DNA of 27,527 nt from positions 1 to 27,527 of the forward strand of contig JBDRBU010000095.1 in assembly GCA_043822305.1 (NCBI GenBank), written 5' to 3'. This DNA is from Candidatus Firestoneibacteriota bacterium. GTDB taxonomy: Bacteria; Oederibacteriota; D2-FULL-39-29; JBDRBU01. Below the pieces are notes generated by a model. It was not told where the DNA came from. It did no database searches and saw only the letters and a list, made by a program, of their open reading frames with translations. Each line of letters begins with the position of its first letter. Positions within the stretch are counted from its first letter, which is position 1. Position numbers and translations under genes: made by a program. Below, in pieces: positions 1-8,675 of the stretch.

Positions 1-35
1 TTTACTTTAATTTTACTTTTATCAAAATTAACCAT
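1..35 (-). CDS. 5' end of an unidentified gene running off the left edge (MVNFDKSKIKV...)
   Basis: ATG at 35-33 with a perfect AAGGAGG Shine-Dalgarno at 49-43; frame open to the window edge. Confidence 0.55.
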   Translation of the reverse strand, partial: MVNFDKSKIKV

Positions 36-131
36 TTGGTAACCTCCTTTAAAAGGTATAAACTTTTTCCTTTACATATAGGTTACCATATTATATACTA
101 TAGATAATAAAAAATATTACATTAAACTTGA

Positions 132-983
132 GGAAGTCTCAAGACTCCCCTTACTTACGAAGAATGGAAAAAGAATGCGCCTAAGTTCCCGCTTGCCATA
201 AACAGGGTCTATCAGACTCCTTCGCGGCCTTTTTGGAGACCGGGCAAAAATGCTCCCCCTGTAGGCGAGGATAATTTTTATGTCCTAGTAAACAAGACTA
301 TTTATCCGAAAATAACAGCTGCCGTTACACAGTATATCAAGGACCTGGAACAAAGGTATCCGAAAGTTACTTTGTATTCCGCCACAATAGATACTGTAGA
401 GAATATGCGCAATTATTTAAAGAATGCGTATGAAAACGACAATATGGTTGGCTGCATAGTTGTTGGGGATTTTCCAGTAGCGTGGTTTGAAATAGACGGA
501 CAGCCGTCCCCGTGGCCCGCTCACGAAGAATTTCCCTGCGATATTTTCTTTATGGATATGAACGGCACCTGGACCGATGTTGATATTAACGGCAAGTATG
601 ACACTTATAGCGAAAAAGGCAATGAAACAGTAGAAATTTATCTGGGAAGATTGTATGCTTCCCCGCTTGTTGGCGGGTTAGTAAAAGAAGAAGATCTATT
701 GAATAATTATTTTGATAAGTTGCACAAGTTCAGGACAGGCGCAATAACTTTACCGCACAAGGCTTTGTGTTATGTTTGCCCGGACTGGGCTTGGCAGACT
801 AAGTATAATGTCGATAAACCGTACCCGGATACAACTCTGATTGAAGACGATGATTGCACCGGTACAGATTACAAAGACAAACTTGATGACGGTTATGAAT
901 TTATACACCTTCTTGATTATGCGATAATGAACCACGAAGATTTAGGGCTTACACATAGGCCTTCTCTTTCATATTGTTTTTAA
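132..983 (+). pseudogene. Fragment of a peptidase C25 (gingipain)-like protein, truncated at both ends
   Basis: Frame open from 132 (after TGA 129-131) with no ATG/GTG/TTG until 372. Segments FYVLVNKTIY..V.QYIKDLE, GCIVVGDFPVAWFE, FPCDIFFMDMNG.W.D and EIYLGRL resemble the C25 N-terminal domain. Similarity appears to stop after YEFIHL. Visibly more GC-rich than its flanks. Confidence 0.55.
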
Positions 984-1074
984 AAGTCGCTAAATATCCG
1001 AATTTCCTTTATTATGGTTTTTTCCCTAAAATTATTCTTCAGTCAAAAATGAGTTAGTTGTTTTAAAAAATATC

Positions 1075-1103
1075 TTTACAAAAGCAATTGATTTGGGTAT
1101 AAT
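1075..1103 (+). promoter_or_regulatory. sigma70-type promoter for the tRNA cluster
   Basis: TTTACA (1075-1080), 17 bp spacer, TATAAT (1098-1103), AT-rich upstream. Confidence 0.65.
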
Positions 1104-1152
1104 AAACAAATATCCTGTTAAGAAAAAAATAGAGTTGCCAAGATATATTGTG

Positions 1153-1333
1153 GTGTCATTGCGAGGCGGTATTTTGCCGAAGCAATCTCATTTAGTTGAA
1201 GTCCGCCTTAAGCGGAAATGTATCGAGCATTTTTAGGATATGAGATTGCTTCACTAAAGTTCGCAATGACACAAGCAGAATAACAAGCAGAAATTGCTAA
1301 AATATATGGTAACGGAGTTGAGTGAGTATTTAC
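1153..1333. repeat. Composite palindromic MITE/REPIN-like element (GTCATTGCGAG family)
   Basis: Perfect IRs GTGTCATTGCGA 1153-1164 / TCGCAATGACAC 1261-1272 and GAAGCAATCTCAT 1179-1191 / ATGAGATTGCTTC 1240-1252. Inner hairpin TCCGC-CTTAA-GCGGA at 1202-1216. Terminus AACGGAGTTGAGTGAGTATTTAC 1311-1333 recurs at 17165 and 24679. Confidence 0.8.
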
Positions 1334-1368
1334 GAAAATCTATATGGATAAAATGAATTTAACAAAGT

Positions 1369-1444
1369 GCGGGCGTAGTTCAGTTGGTAGAATGTCTCCT
1401 TGCCAAGGAGAAGGTCGTGGGTTCAAATCCCATCGCCCGCTCCA
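1369..1444 (+). tRNA. tRNA-Gly(GCC)
   Basis: Acceptor GCGGGCG/CGCCCGC, anticodon arm TCTCC-TTGCCAA-GGAGA, T-loop GGTTCAAATCC, encoded CCA. Confidence 0.97.
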
Positions 1445-1491
1445 TAAACCATTCGCTAACGCTCAGGTTTATGGCAGGCTCATAAACCATT
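1442..1491. repeat. REP-like hairpin with 11-bp direct repeat
   Basis: CCATAAACC 1442-1450 pairs with GGTTTATGG 1466-1474 around ATTCGCTAACGCTCA; CATAAACCATT occurs at 1443 and 1481. Confidence 0.55.
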
Positions 1492-1515
1492 TGATATGTG
1501 ATGGCAGCAACAATA

Positions 1516-1590
1516 GGGCAATTAGCTCAGTGGTAGAGCACTTCCCTTACAAGGAAGGGGCCGTAGGTCCAATTCCTACATTGCCCACCA
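1516..1590 (+). tRNA. tRNA-Val(TAC)
   Basis: Acceptor GGGCAAT/ATTGCCC, anticodon arm CTTCC-CTTACAA-GGAAG, encoded CCA; atypical T-loop TCCAATT. Confidence 0.93.
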
Positions 1591-1652
1591 TTAAAAGATT
1601 ATTTACGACCGGGGTCAGATACGACCCCGAGTACTGGTAAATGTTTTTAAGC

Positions 1653-1729
1653 GGGGTCGTAGTGCAGTGGTTTAGCACGTCTGCCTGTCACGCAGAAGGT
1701 CGCGGGTTCAAATCCCGTCGACCCCGCCA
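1653..1729 (+). tRNA. tRNA-Asp(GTC)
   Basis: Acceptor GGGGTCG/CGACCCC, anticodon arm TCTGC-CTGTCAC-GCAGA, GGTTCAAATCC, G73 plus CCA. Confidence 0.97.
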
Positions 1730-1738
1730 AATTATTTA

Positions 1739-1763
1739 TAAAAAATGGGATGTGTCCCTATTA
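1739..1763 (+). repeat. 25-bp palindromic repeat TAAAAAATGGGATGTGTCCCTATTA (copy 1)
   Basis: Exact reverse-complement copy at 12274-12298; core GGGA-TGTG-TCCC. Confidence 0.85.
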
Positions 1764-2467
1764 TGAATGAAGAAAAAAAAGGGCATAGGGGAAGATTAAG
1801 AAAGAGGTTTAATGAAGATGGACTTGGTGGATTTCTTGATTATGAAATAGTGGAGTTATTACTTACATTGGGAACTCCAAGAAAAGATTGCAAAAAGCAA
1901 GCTCATGAGGCAATAAAAAGATTTGGTTCATTAAGAGGGGTTCTTGAAGCCGACCAACTTCAATTACAGAAAATAACAGGAATTGGTCCTCTCAATACAT
2001 TTGGGTTAAGATTGGTTCATGAATCAACAAAAAAATTTTTAGAAGAAAAACTAATTGATAAGGAACAATTCTGCAGGTCATCAAAAGAGGTTTTTGATTA
2101 TCTTTATCATTCTATGCGTGGCTTAAAATATGAAGTTTTTAAAGTAATTTATTTGAGCAGTCAAAATAAAGTTATTAAAATAAAAGATTTATTTGAGGGG
2201 AGTTTAACTTCTACTTCTATATATCCAAGAGAGATAATAAAAAGCAGTATTCAAAAAAATGCAGTTGCATTAATTTTTGTTCATAACCATCCTTCAGGTG
2301 AACCACAACCGAGTGATTTGGATAAAGAAATAACCGAAAATCTGGTTTCTGCATGTAAAATTATGGAAATAAATGTAATTGACCACATTATCATAGGAAA
2401 TAATAAATATTATAGTTTTGCTGATAATGGGTTAATTAAGGAATATAAAATAACAAGGAGGAAATGA
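1763..2467 (+). CDS. radC: RadC family JAB-domain protein
   Basis: GHRGRLRKRF N-terminus, HhH GIGP, IYPREI, JAB motif HNHPSG..PS..D, DHIIIG. Start moved to 1763 because MGCVPI derives from the repeat. Confidence 0.93.
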   Translation: MNEEKKGHRGRLRKRFNEDGLGGFLDYEIVELLLTLGTPRKDCKKQAHEAIKRFGSLRGVLEADQLQLQKITGIGPLNTFGLRLVHESTKKFLEEKLIDKEQFCRSSKEVFDYLYHSMRGLKYEVFKVIYLSSQNKVIKIKDLFEGSLTSTSIYPREIIKSSIQKNAVALIFVHNHPSGEPQPSDLDKEITENLVSACKIMEINVIDHIIIGNNKYYSFADNGLIKEYKITRRK

Positions 2468-2471
2468 TATT

Positions 2472-3224
2472 ATGTCAGGACATTCAAAATGGGCAACAAT
2501 AAAAAGGAAAAAAGGAGACTTGGATGCTAAGAGAGGAAAAGTATTTTCAAAGATACTTAGAGAAATTGCCATAGCAGCCAGGAAAGGCGGTAGTAATGCT
2601 GAGACAAATTCATACTTAAGAACAATTATAGCCAAAGCAAAAGCAGTGAATATGCCAGCAGATAATATTAAAAGGGCAATACAAAAAGGCGCCGGAGAAA
2701 TAGAAGGTGCTAATTATGAAGAAATAACTTATGAAGGTTATGGACCAGCTGGTATAGCAATTTATATTGAGGCTGCTACTGATAATAAAAATAGAACATC
2801 AGCAGATATAAGGGCAATCTTTTCAAAACATGGTGGAAGTCTGGGAGAATCTGGATGCGTATCCTGGATGTTTCAAAAAATGGGGTTAATCTCAATATCT
2901 AAAAATAATGTTAATGAAGAAGAAATATTATCCCTCGCATTAGAAGAAGGCGCAGAAGATGTTGCTGTTACAGAAGACACTTATGATGTAATAACTCTAC
3001 CAGAGAATTTTGAAAAAGTAAAAACAAGTATTGAAGCAAAAAAAATTCAATGTGAAATAGCAGAAGTTTCAATGATACCGAAGAATTATATTAAAATACA
3101 GGGAAATGAAGCAAAACAACTATTAGCCTTAATAGAAACACTGGAAGATAATGACGATGTTTCTAATGTTTGTTCTAACTTTGATATACCTGATGATGAA
3201 TTATCCATATGTGATGAGAAATGA
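2472..3224 (+). CDS. yebC: YebC/PmpR family protein
   Basis: MSGHSKWATIKRKK, YEGYGPAG, TDNKNRT, LEDNDDV. Confidence 0.97.
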   Translation: MSGHSKWATIKRKKGDLDAKRGKVFSKILREIAIAARKGGSNAETNSYLRTIIAKAKAVNMPADNIKRAIQKGAGEIEGANYEEITYEGYGPAGIAIYIEAATDNKNRTSADIRAIFSKHGGSLGESGCVSWMFQKMGLISISKNNVNEEEILSLALEEGAEDVAVTEDTYDVITLPENFEKVKTSIEAKKIQCEIAEVSMIPKNYIKIQGNEAKQLLALIETLEDNDDVSNVCSNFDIPDDELSICDEK

Positions 3225-3700
3225 GAGTATTAGGCATAGACCCCGGTATAGCCACAACAGGTTATGGAATTGTGGAAACCAAAAATAATATTTTAAAAGT
3301 TGTAGATTATAATTGTATAACTACTTTGCCGGAATTGCCCATTGGTAGCAGATTAAAAAGTATTTATGATGGAATGTTAAAAGTAATAGAAAAGTTTAAA
3401 CCAGACCATGTTGCAGTTGAAGAATTGTTTTTTGCTAAAAATCTAAAGACCGCAATATCTGTAAGTGAAGCAAGGGGTGTAATTATTTTAGCAGCAACAA
3501 AAAAAGGAATATTGGAAATTTATGAATATACACCTTTACAGGTTAAATTAGCTCTAGTAGGATATGGCCGAGCCCAAAAAAATCAAATTCAACAGATGGT
3601 AAAAATATTACTTAATTTAAATACTATCCCCAAGCCAGACGATATAGCAGATGCACTTGCCGTAGCGATATGCCATATAAACTATAAAGGATTGTCATGA
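3221..3700 (+). CDS. ruvC: Holliday junction resolvase RuvC
   Basis: LGIDPG, VEELFF, EYTPLQVK, PDDIADALAVAICH. Confidence 0.97.
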   Translation: MRVLGIDPGIATTGYGIVETKNNILKVVDYNCITTLPELPIGSRLKSIYDGMLKVIEKFKPDHVAVEELFFAKNLKTAISVSEARGVIILAATKKGILEIYEYTPLQVKLALVGYGRAQKNQIQQMVKILLNLNTIPKPDDIADALAVAICHINYKGLS

Positions 3701-4284
3701 TAGCATCTATAAAAGGAATATTAGAACATCTGGATGATAATAAAGCCGTAGTTGATGTCAATGGGATAGGTTATGAAATATTTGTTGCCAGAATAGATAG
3801 TTTACCAAAAATAGGGATAGAGGTAAAGTTATATACATACCTTCATATTACACAGGAGGGACAGTATTTATATGGTTTTTTAACATTAGAAGAAAAATTA
3901 TTTTTTAAAAAACTAATAAGTATTTCAGATATAGGTCCAAAAGTAGCATTAACCGCTCTGTCAAAAATTGATATTAATAAATTAAAAGAAGCAATAGTTA
4001 ATGGTGATATAGAAATTCTTCAAACTATTCCAAGAATCGGTAGAAAGTTAGCCACCAGAATAATAGTTGAATTAAAAGAAACTTTAGAATTAGAAGTTAT
4101 TCCATCTATTAGTAGTTTAATAGATAAAGAAATGGAGCGTGATTTGATAGATGCGTTAATATCATTAGGTTATAATCTTTTAATTGCAAAAAACACTTTA
4201 GAGAAAGTAAAAATAAAATTTACCGAGATAAAACCAACATTAGAAGAACTAATAAAAGAATCCTTAAGAGAATTGGGTAGATAA
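3697..4284 (+). CDS. ruvA: Holliday junction branch migration protein RuvA
   Basis: [19 protein letters not shown], HhH IGPKVA and [21 protein letters not shown]. Confidence 0.96.
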   Translation: MIASIKGILEHLDDNKAVVDVNGIGYEIFVARIDSLPKIGIEVKLYTYLHITQEGQYLYGFLTLEEKLFFKKLISISDIGPKVALTALSKIDINKLKEAIVNGDIEILQTIPRIGRKLATRIIVELKETLELEVIPSISSLIDKEMERDLIDALISLGYNLLIAKNTLEKVKIKFTEIKPTLEELIKESLRELGR

Positions 4285-5306
4285 TGAAAAAACAAGATAG
4301 AATTATAAATGGATTGAAAAATAAAGAAGATACAGAAATAGATTCTAATTTAAGACCAAGAAGTTTAGAAGAATATATCGGTCAAGATAAAATAAAAGAG
4401 AACTTAAAGATATTTACATCAGCAGCAAAGCAGAGGAATGAACCTTTAGAGCATGTTCTTTTTTATGGCCCTCCCGGATTAGGAAAAACCACTTTGGCTC
4501 ATATAATTGCAAATACTATGAATACAAATATAAGATGCTCTTCAGGTCCTCTTATAGAAAGAGCAGGTGATTTAGCGGCAATTTTAACTAACTTAGAAAA
4601 GCACTCCATACTATTTATAGATGAGATTCATAGGCTTTCCCATATCGTAGAAGAGGTCTTATACCCGGCTATGGAAGACTACAAATTAGATATTATAATT
4701 GGAAAAGGACCTAGCGCCAGAACAGTAAGAATAAATCTGTCTAAATTTACACTTATAGGTTCTACTACAAGAGCAGGTTTGATTACGGCTCCATTAAGAG
4801 ATAGATTTGGTATTACTTTTAGAGTAGATTTTTATCCCGTAGATGACCTTATAAAAATTATTAAAAGGTCGTCAAGAATATTAAATGTTAACATAAATGA
4901 AGAAGGAATTTTAGAAATTGCCAAGAGAAGTCGTGGCACACCAAGAGTGGCTAATAGACTCTTAAAAAGAGTAAGGGACTATGGACAGGTTAAGGGTAGT
5001 AAAACTATCACAAAAGAAGTTGTTGAAAATTCATTGCAATTATTAGAGATAGACAATAAAGGTTTAGATAGTTTAGATAGAAAGGTTATGGATGTAATAA
5101 TTAACTATTATAACGGAGGACCTGTTGGGATAGATAGCATTGCCGTAGCAGTAGGAGAAGAGCCTGACACTATTGAAGATGTATGTGAACCTTTTCTTAT
5201 ACAAATTGGGTTTATTATCAGAACTCCACAAGGTAGAAAAGTAACAGAAACAGGCTATAAACATTTAAATAAAGTATTTAAACCCGAACAATCTAAATTA
5301 TTATGA
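4284..5306 (+). CDS. ruvB: Holliday junction branch migration ATPase RuvB
   Basis: [48 protein letters not shown]. Confidence 0.98.
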   Translation: MKKQDRIINGLKNKEDTEIDSNLRPRSLEEYIGQDKIKENLKIFTSAAKQRNEPLEHVLFYGPPGLGKTTLAHIIANTMNTNIRCSSGPLIERAGDLAAILTNLEKHSILFIDEIHRLSHIVEEVLYPAMEDYKLDIIIGKGPSARTVRINLSKFTLIGSTTRAGLITAPLRDRFGITFRVDFYPVDDLIKIIKRSSRILNVNINEEGILEIAKRSRGTPRVANRLLKRVRDYGQVKGSKTITKEVVENSLQLLEIDNKGLDSLDRKVMDVIINYYNGGPVGIDSIAVAVGEEPDTIEDVCEPFLIQIGFIIRTPQGRKVTETGYKHLNKVFKPEQSKLL

Positions 5307-5857
5307 AAAAAGTAATGCTCCATATTTGTTGTTCTATTTGTTTTTTGGAGCCATACAAACATCTTAGAGAAGAACAATTTGAGATAATTGGGTTTTTTAA
5401 TAATCCCAATATTCAGCCATACACAGAATATTTAGAGAGATTAAATGCCCTAAAGAATATTGTTAAGATTAACAACACAAGTCTAATCGTACCAAACGAA
5501 TATTCAATAGAAGAATATCATGATTCAGTAGTCAAAGTACTTGATGTCCAAAAGTTAAGATGCAAGGAATGTTACAATTTTAGATTGACCAAGACAGCTC
5601 AATTATCAAAAGCCAATAAAATTCAGTATTTTTCAACAACATTATTAGCAAGTCCATATCAAGATATTAATAGTATATTAGAAGTTGGTCATAAAATCTC
5701 TGAGGAATATAAAATAGAGTTTATTTGGTCTAATAAATGGCTTGATAATTACTATAAAAGTAAGGAAGAAATAAGGAAAAAGGAACTTTATATTCAAAAA
5801 TACTGTGGGTGTTTATATAGTAAGATGGAGAGAAAGTTTTCTGAAGGTGAAAAATGA
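5303..5857 (+). CDS. queH: Epoxyqueuosine reductase QueH (DUF208)
   Basis: [41 protein letters not shown]; lies next to queA. Confidence 0.9.
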   Translation: MKKVMLHICCSICFLEPYKHLREEQFEIIGFFNNPNIQPYTEYLERLNALKNIVKINNTSLIVPNEYSIEEYHDSVVKVLDVQKLRCKECYNFRLTKTAQLSKANKIQYFSTTLLASPYQDINSILEVGHKISEEYKIEFIWSNKWLDNYYKSKEEIRKKELYIQKYCGCLYSKMERKFSEGEK

Positions 5858-6984
5858 AAATAATAAAATATTTTTTAATTTCTCTGGCTTTGATTGGATG
5901 TTATACAGGTAAAGAATATATCAGAGGTATTGATTATAAAGATGAAAATATAAGACTTCTTATAATGTCTGATATTAAATCATGTAAGATCAATCCTATC
6001 AATACTTTTAAGATAGTAGATATTCATAATAACCTTATCTCTCTGGGTATTTCAAATGATATACTTATTGAATCAAGTGATAACAAATTAAAAGTTAATG
6101 GTAAAATAATTACCGGTAATGCATTAAAGATAATTTCTAATGATAATAAAATTAAAATAAATGAGTATGTTTATAGAGGGATTATAGAGGTTTCGAAAGA
6201 AAAAGATACTTTAGATATTATAAATGAACTACCTATTGAGGAGTATTTATATGGAATAGTTGGCAGAGAGATGGGAAGTGCTCATATTGAAGCATTAAAA
6301 GCACAAGCAGTAGCAGCCAGAACCTTTACCTATGACCAAAAACAACATTCTAAGAGTAAAAAGTATGATATAAATAACACAGGGCAAAGCATAAGTTATA
6401 CAGGGATATTAAAAGAGAATCCAGATGCTATTGAGTCAGTAAATTCAACAAAAGGAGAGATAATTAAGTATAATGGAAAATTGATATTTGCTCCATTTTA
6501 TGCAAATTGTGGGGGATATACAGAGGATGTTAAAGAAGTGTGGGGTATAACATATCCGTATCTTGTTCCAACACCTTGTTATTTCTGTAAAAACAAAAAA
6601 CATTATTCCTGGGTTGTAGAAATAGAAAAACAACATTTTGTTGATTCTTTGAGAAAAAAAGGATATGACATATCAAAAGTATTAGGTATGAATATAATTG
6701 AGACCAGTAAAACAGGTAGAATGAAAAAAATGGAAATCATGAGTGAAAAAGGCAAAATAATTATAGATACTAATCAACTAAGACTTTTAGTGGGGAGTAA
6801 TACACTGAAAAGTACCAGATTTACTGTTAGAGAGAAAGCATCAACATTTTTATTTAGAGGAAAAGGATGGGGTCATGGGGTTGGATTGTGTCAAGATGGT
6901 GCTGAAGGAATGGCAAAGGCTGGTTATAAATATAAACAGATTTTAAACAAATATTATAAGGAAGTTCAGGTATCTACCAGATGA
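5854..6984 (+). CDS. SpoIID/LytB domain protein, probable lipoprotein
   Basis: INELPIEEYLYG, EALKAQAVAART, GKGWGHGVGLCQ.GA..MA..G..Y.QIL..YY; lipobox-like LIGC. Confidence 0.92.
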   Translation: MKIIKYFLISLALIGCYTGKEYIRGIDYKDENIRLLIMSDIKSCKINPINTFKIVDIHNNLISLGISNDILIESSDNKLKVNGKIITGNALKIISNDNKIKINEYVYRGIIEVSKEKDTLDIINELPIEEYLYGIVGREMGSAHIEALKAQAVAARTFTYDQKQHSKSKKYDINNTGQSISYTGILKENPDAIESVNSTKGEIIKYNGKLIFAPFYANCGGYTEDVKEVWGITYPYLVPTPCYFCKNKKHYSWVVEIEKQHFVDSLRKKGYDISKVLGMNIIETSKTGRMKKMEIMSEKGKIIIDTNQLRLLVGSNTLKSTRFTVREKASTFLFRGKGWGHGVGLCQDGAEGMAKAGYKYKQILNKYYKEVQVSTR

Positions 6985-8024
6985 GAATAGAAGAGTATGA
7001 TTATGAATTGCCAAAAGAACTTATAGCCCAAGAACCTTGTTTGAACCGAGATGAGTGCAAACTAATGGTATTAGATAAGGTTTTAAAGAAGATATATCAT
7101 AAAAAATTCTTTGAAATTGTTGACTTTTTAAATAAAAATGATATAATAGTATTAAATAATACTAAGGTTATTCCGGCTAAGTTGATAGGGTATAAGGAAA
7201 GCACGAAAGGAAAAGTAGAGTTACTCTTAATATCTAAGTTAAATAGTAATAAAGAAACCTGGGAAGTTGAGATAAATAATAAGAAAAATATACAAATTGG
7301 CTCAAAAATTATATTTAATAGTTCTTTGACAGGAGAAATTATATCAAGAGATGGTACGAAAATTATTATAGAGTTCTATAATAAAGATAATATCCCCTTT
7401 AGTGAATTATTAGAAAAAGTTGGATCACCACCATTACCGCCATACATTAAAAGAAGTTTAAAAGATGATAGAGATAAAGTAAATTATCAAACAGTTTACG
7501 CTAAGTCTAATGGTTCCATTGCTGCACCAACCGCAGGATTACATTTTACAAAAGAACTTTTGAATAAAATAACTAAGAAAGGAGTTATGATTACAGAGAT
7601 AACTCTTCATATTGGTAGAGGAACTTTTAAACCAATTAGGGCTAAAGAAATAGAATCCCATAATATGGAACAAGAATATTTTGAAATTTCCAGTGATTCT
7701 GCTGATTTGATAAACAATGCCATGAAAAGTGGAAAGAGAATCATATCGGTTGGAACGAGTACGACGAGGGCATTAGAAACAGCATTTGACATTGGTATGA
7801 ATAGGTTAAAATCTGTTAAAGACTGGTCAAGGCTTTATATGTATGAAGGCTATAAATTTAATGTTATAAATGGTCTAATAACCAATTTTCATTTACCAAA
7901 ATCTACTAATTTAGTACTTACTTGTACTTTTGGTGGAAGGGATTTTATTCTACAAGCATATAAAGAAGCCATAGAAAGCAGATATAACTTCTATAGTTAT
8001 GGTGACGCAATGTTTATAATATAA
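6981..8024 (+). CDS. queA: SAM:tRNA ribosyltransferase-isomerase QueA
   Basis: YDYELPKELIAQ, PLPPYI, YQTVYA..GSIAAPTAGLHF, VGTSTTRALE, TNFHLPKST, FYSYGDAM. Confidence 0.98.
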   Translation: MRIEEYDYELPKELIAQEPCLNRDECKLMVLDKVLKKIYHKKFFEIVDFLNKNDIIVLNNTKVIPAKLIGYKESTKGKVELLLISKLNSNKETWEVEINNKKNIQIGSKIIFNSSLTGEIISRDGTKIIIEFYNKDNIPFSELLEKVGSPPLPPYIKRSLKDDRDKVNYQTVYAKSNGSIAAPTAGLHFTKELLNKITKKGVMITEITLHIGRGTFKPIRAKEIESHNMEQEYFEISSDSADLINNAMKSGKRIISVGTSTTRALETAFDIGMNRLKSVKDWSRLYMYEGYKFNVINGLITNFHLPKSTNLVLTCTFGGRDFILQAYKEAIESRYNFYSYGDAMFII

Positions 8025-8055
8025 TTTTACCCAGGATGGGGAAGGGGGTGATAAA

Positions 8056-8538
8056 ATGAAAAAGTATATGATGTTAAAGTATCCAATCCTTTTGATATCA
8101 GTATTATTTTTAATTAGTTGTGGTCAAAAAATAGATCCTAAACCTTATATTACACAGGCTGAGAGTGACCTTGCTACAGCAAACACACCGGAAATCAGTA
8201 AATATGCTGCTGATTTGTTAAAGAATGCCACTGAGGCATTAAATGAAGCAAAGAGTGTTATGGATAAAGATTGCGAGAAAGCTGTTGTCTTAGCGTCTAA
8301 AGCAGAAATTTATGCAAAAGTAAGCCAGATAGTTGCAGAAGCAAAATCTGCCTCTGACCAGGAAGTTAGTAAATCTAAGGAAGCTGAATCAAAGGCAAAA
8401 GCTGAGTTAGAAATCATTAAAGCCAGTTTACAAAGGGCAAAAAGAATCGTTCCGAGTCTAAAAACTGAAATAGAAAAGATACTAAAGGAGTTAGAGAATA
8501 TCTTTGAAGAAAAACCTGAAGGTGAAAAAGTACAATAA
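8056..8538 (+). CDS. Helical lipoprotein (DUF4398-like)
   Basis: Basic/hydrophobic signal peptide with lipobox LISC; Ala-rich coiled coil. Confidence 0.65.
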   Translation: MKKYMMLKYPILLISVLFLISCGQKIDPKPYITQAESDLATANTPEISKYAADLLKNATEALNEAKSVMDKDCEKAVVLASKAEIYAKVSQIVAEAKSASDQEVSKSKEAESKAKAELEIIKASLQRAKRIVPSLKTEIEKILKELENIFEEKPEGEKVQ

Positions 8539-8543
8539 TAAGG

Positions 8544-8598
8544 TAAAAGGGGATTTATTAGGTTAGGCATAACTATTAATCCCCTTTTATCTTTTTTA
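8544..8598. terminator. Intrinsic, probably bidirectional, terminator between the converging operons
   Basis: TAAAAGGGGATT 8544-8555 / AATCCCCTTTTA 8578-8589, followed by a T-run. Confidence 0.7.
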
Positions 8599-8675
8599 AA
8601 TCTTTCATGGAATAGTTTATGCTGGTAGTTTAGTTAACATAATATATCTTATAGGCAGTGAGGAGTATTCAAACA

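Noticed and set aside
1153..1333. Possible CRISPR array or integron attC site
   Set aside because: There are no regularly spaced repeats with unique spacers, no cas or intI gene, and no clear RYYYAAC/GTTRRRY box pair.
1344..1640. 98-aa ORF on the + strand
   Set aside because: It overlaps tRNA-Gly and tRNA-Val; it is a translation of tRNA sequence.
1745..1762. Shared N-terminal peptide MGCVPI on RadC and HppA ORFs
   Set aside because: It comes from the 25-bp DNA repeat, not from a protein targeting signal; hppA has a strong RBS at the downstream ATG.
1763..2467. radC next to tRNAs as a marker of a mobile element
   Set aside because: It is the full-length chromosomal type (HhH + JAB), coupled to yebC-ruvCAB, with no integrase nearby.
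5303..8024. queH and queA without an adjacent tgt
   Set aside because: ruv-queH-spoIID-queA is a common arrangement and tgt may simply lie elsewhere; not informative from this window.
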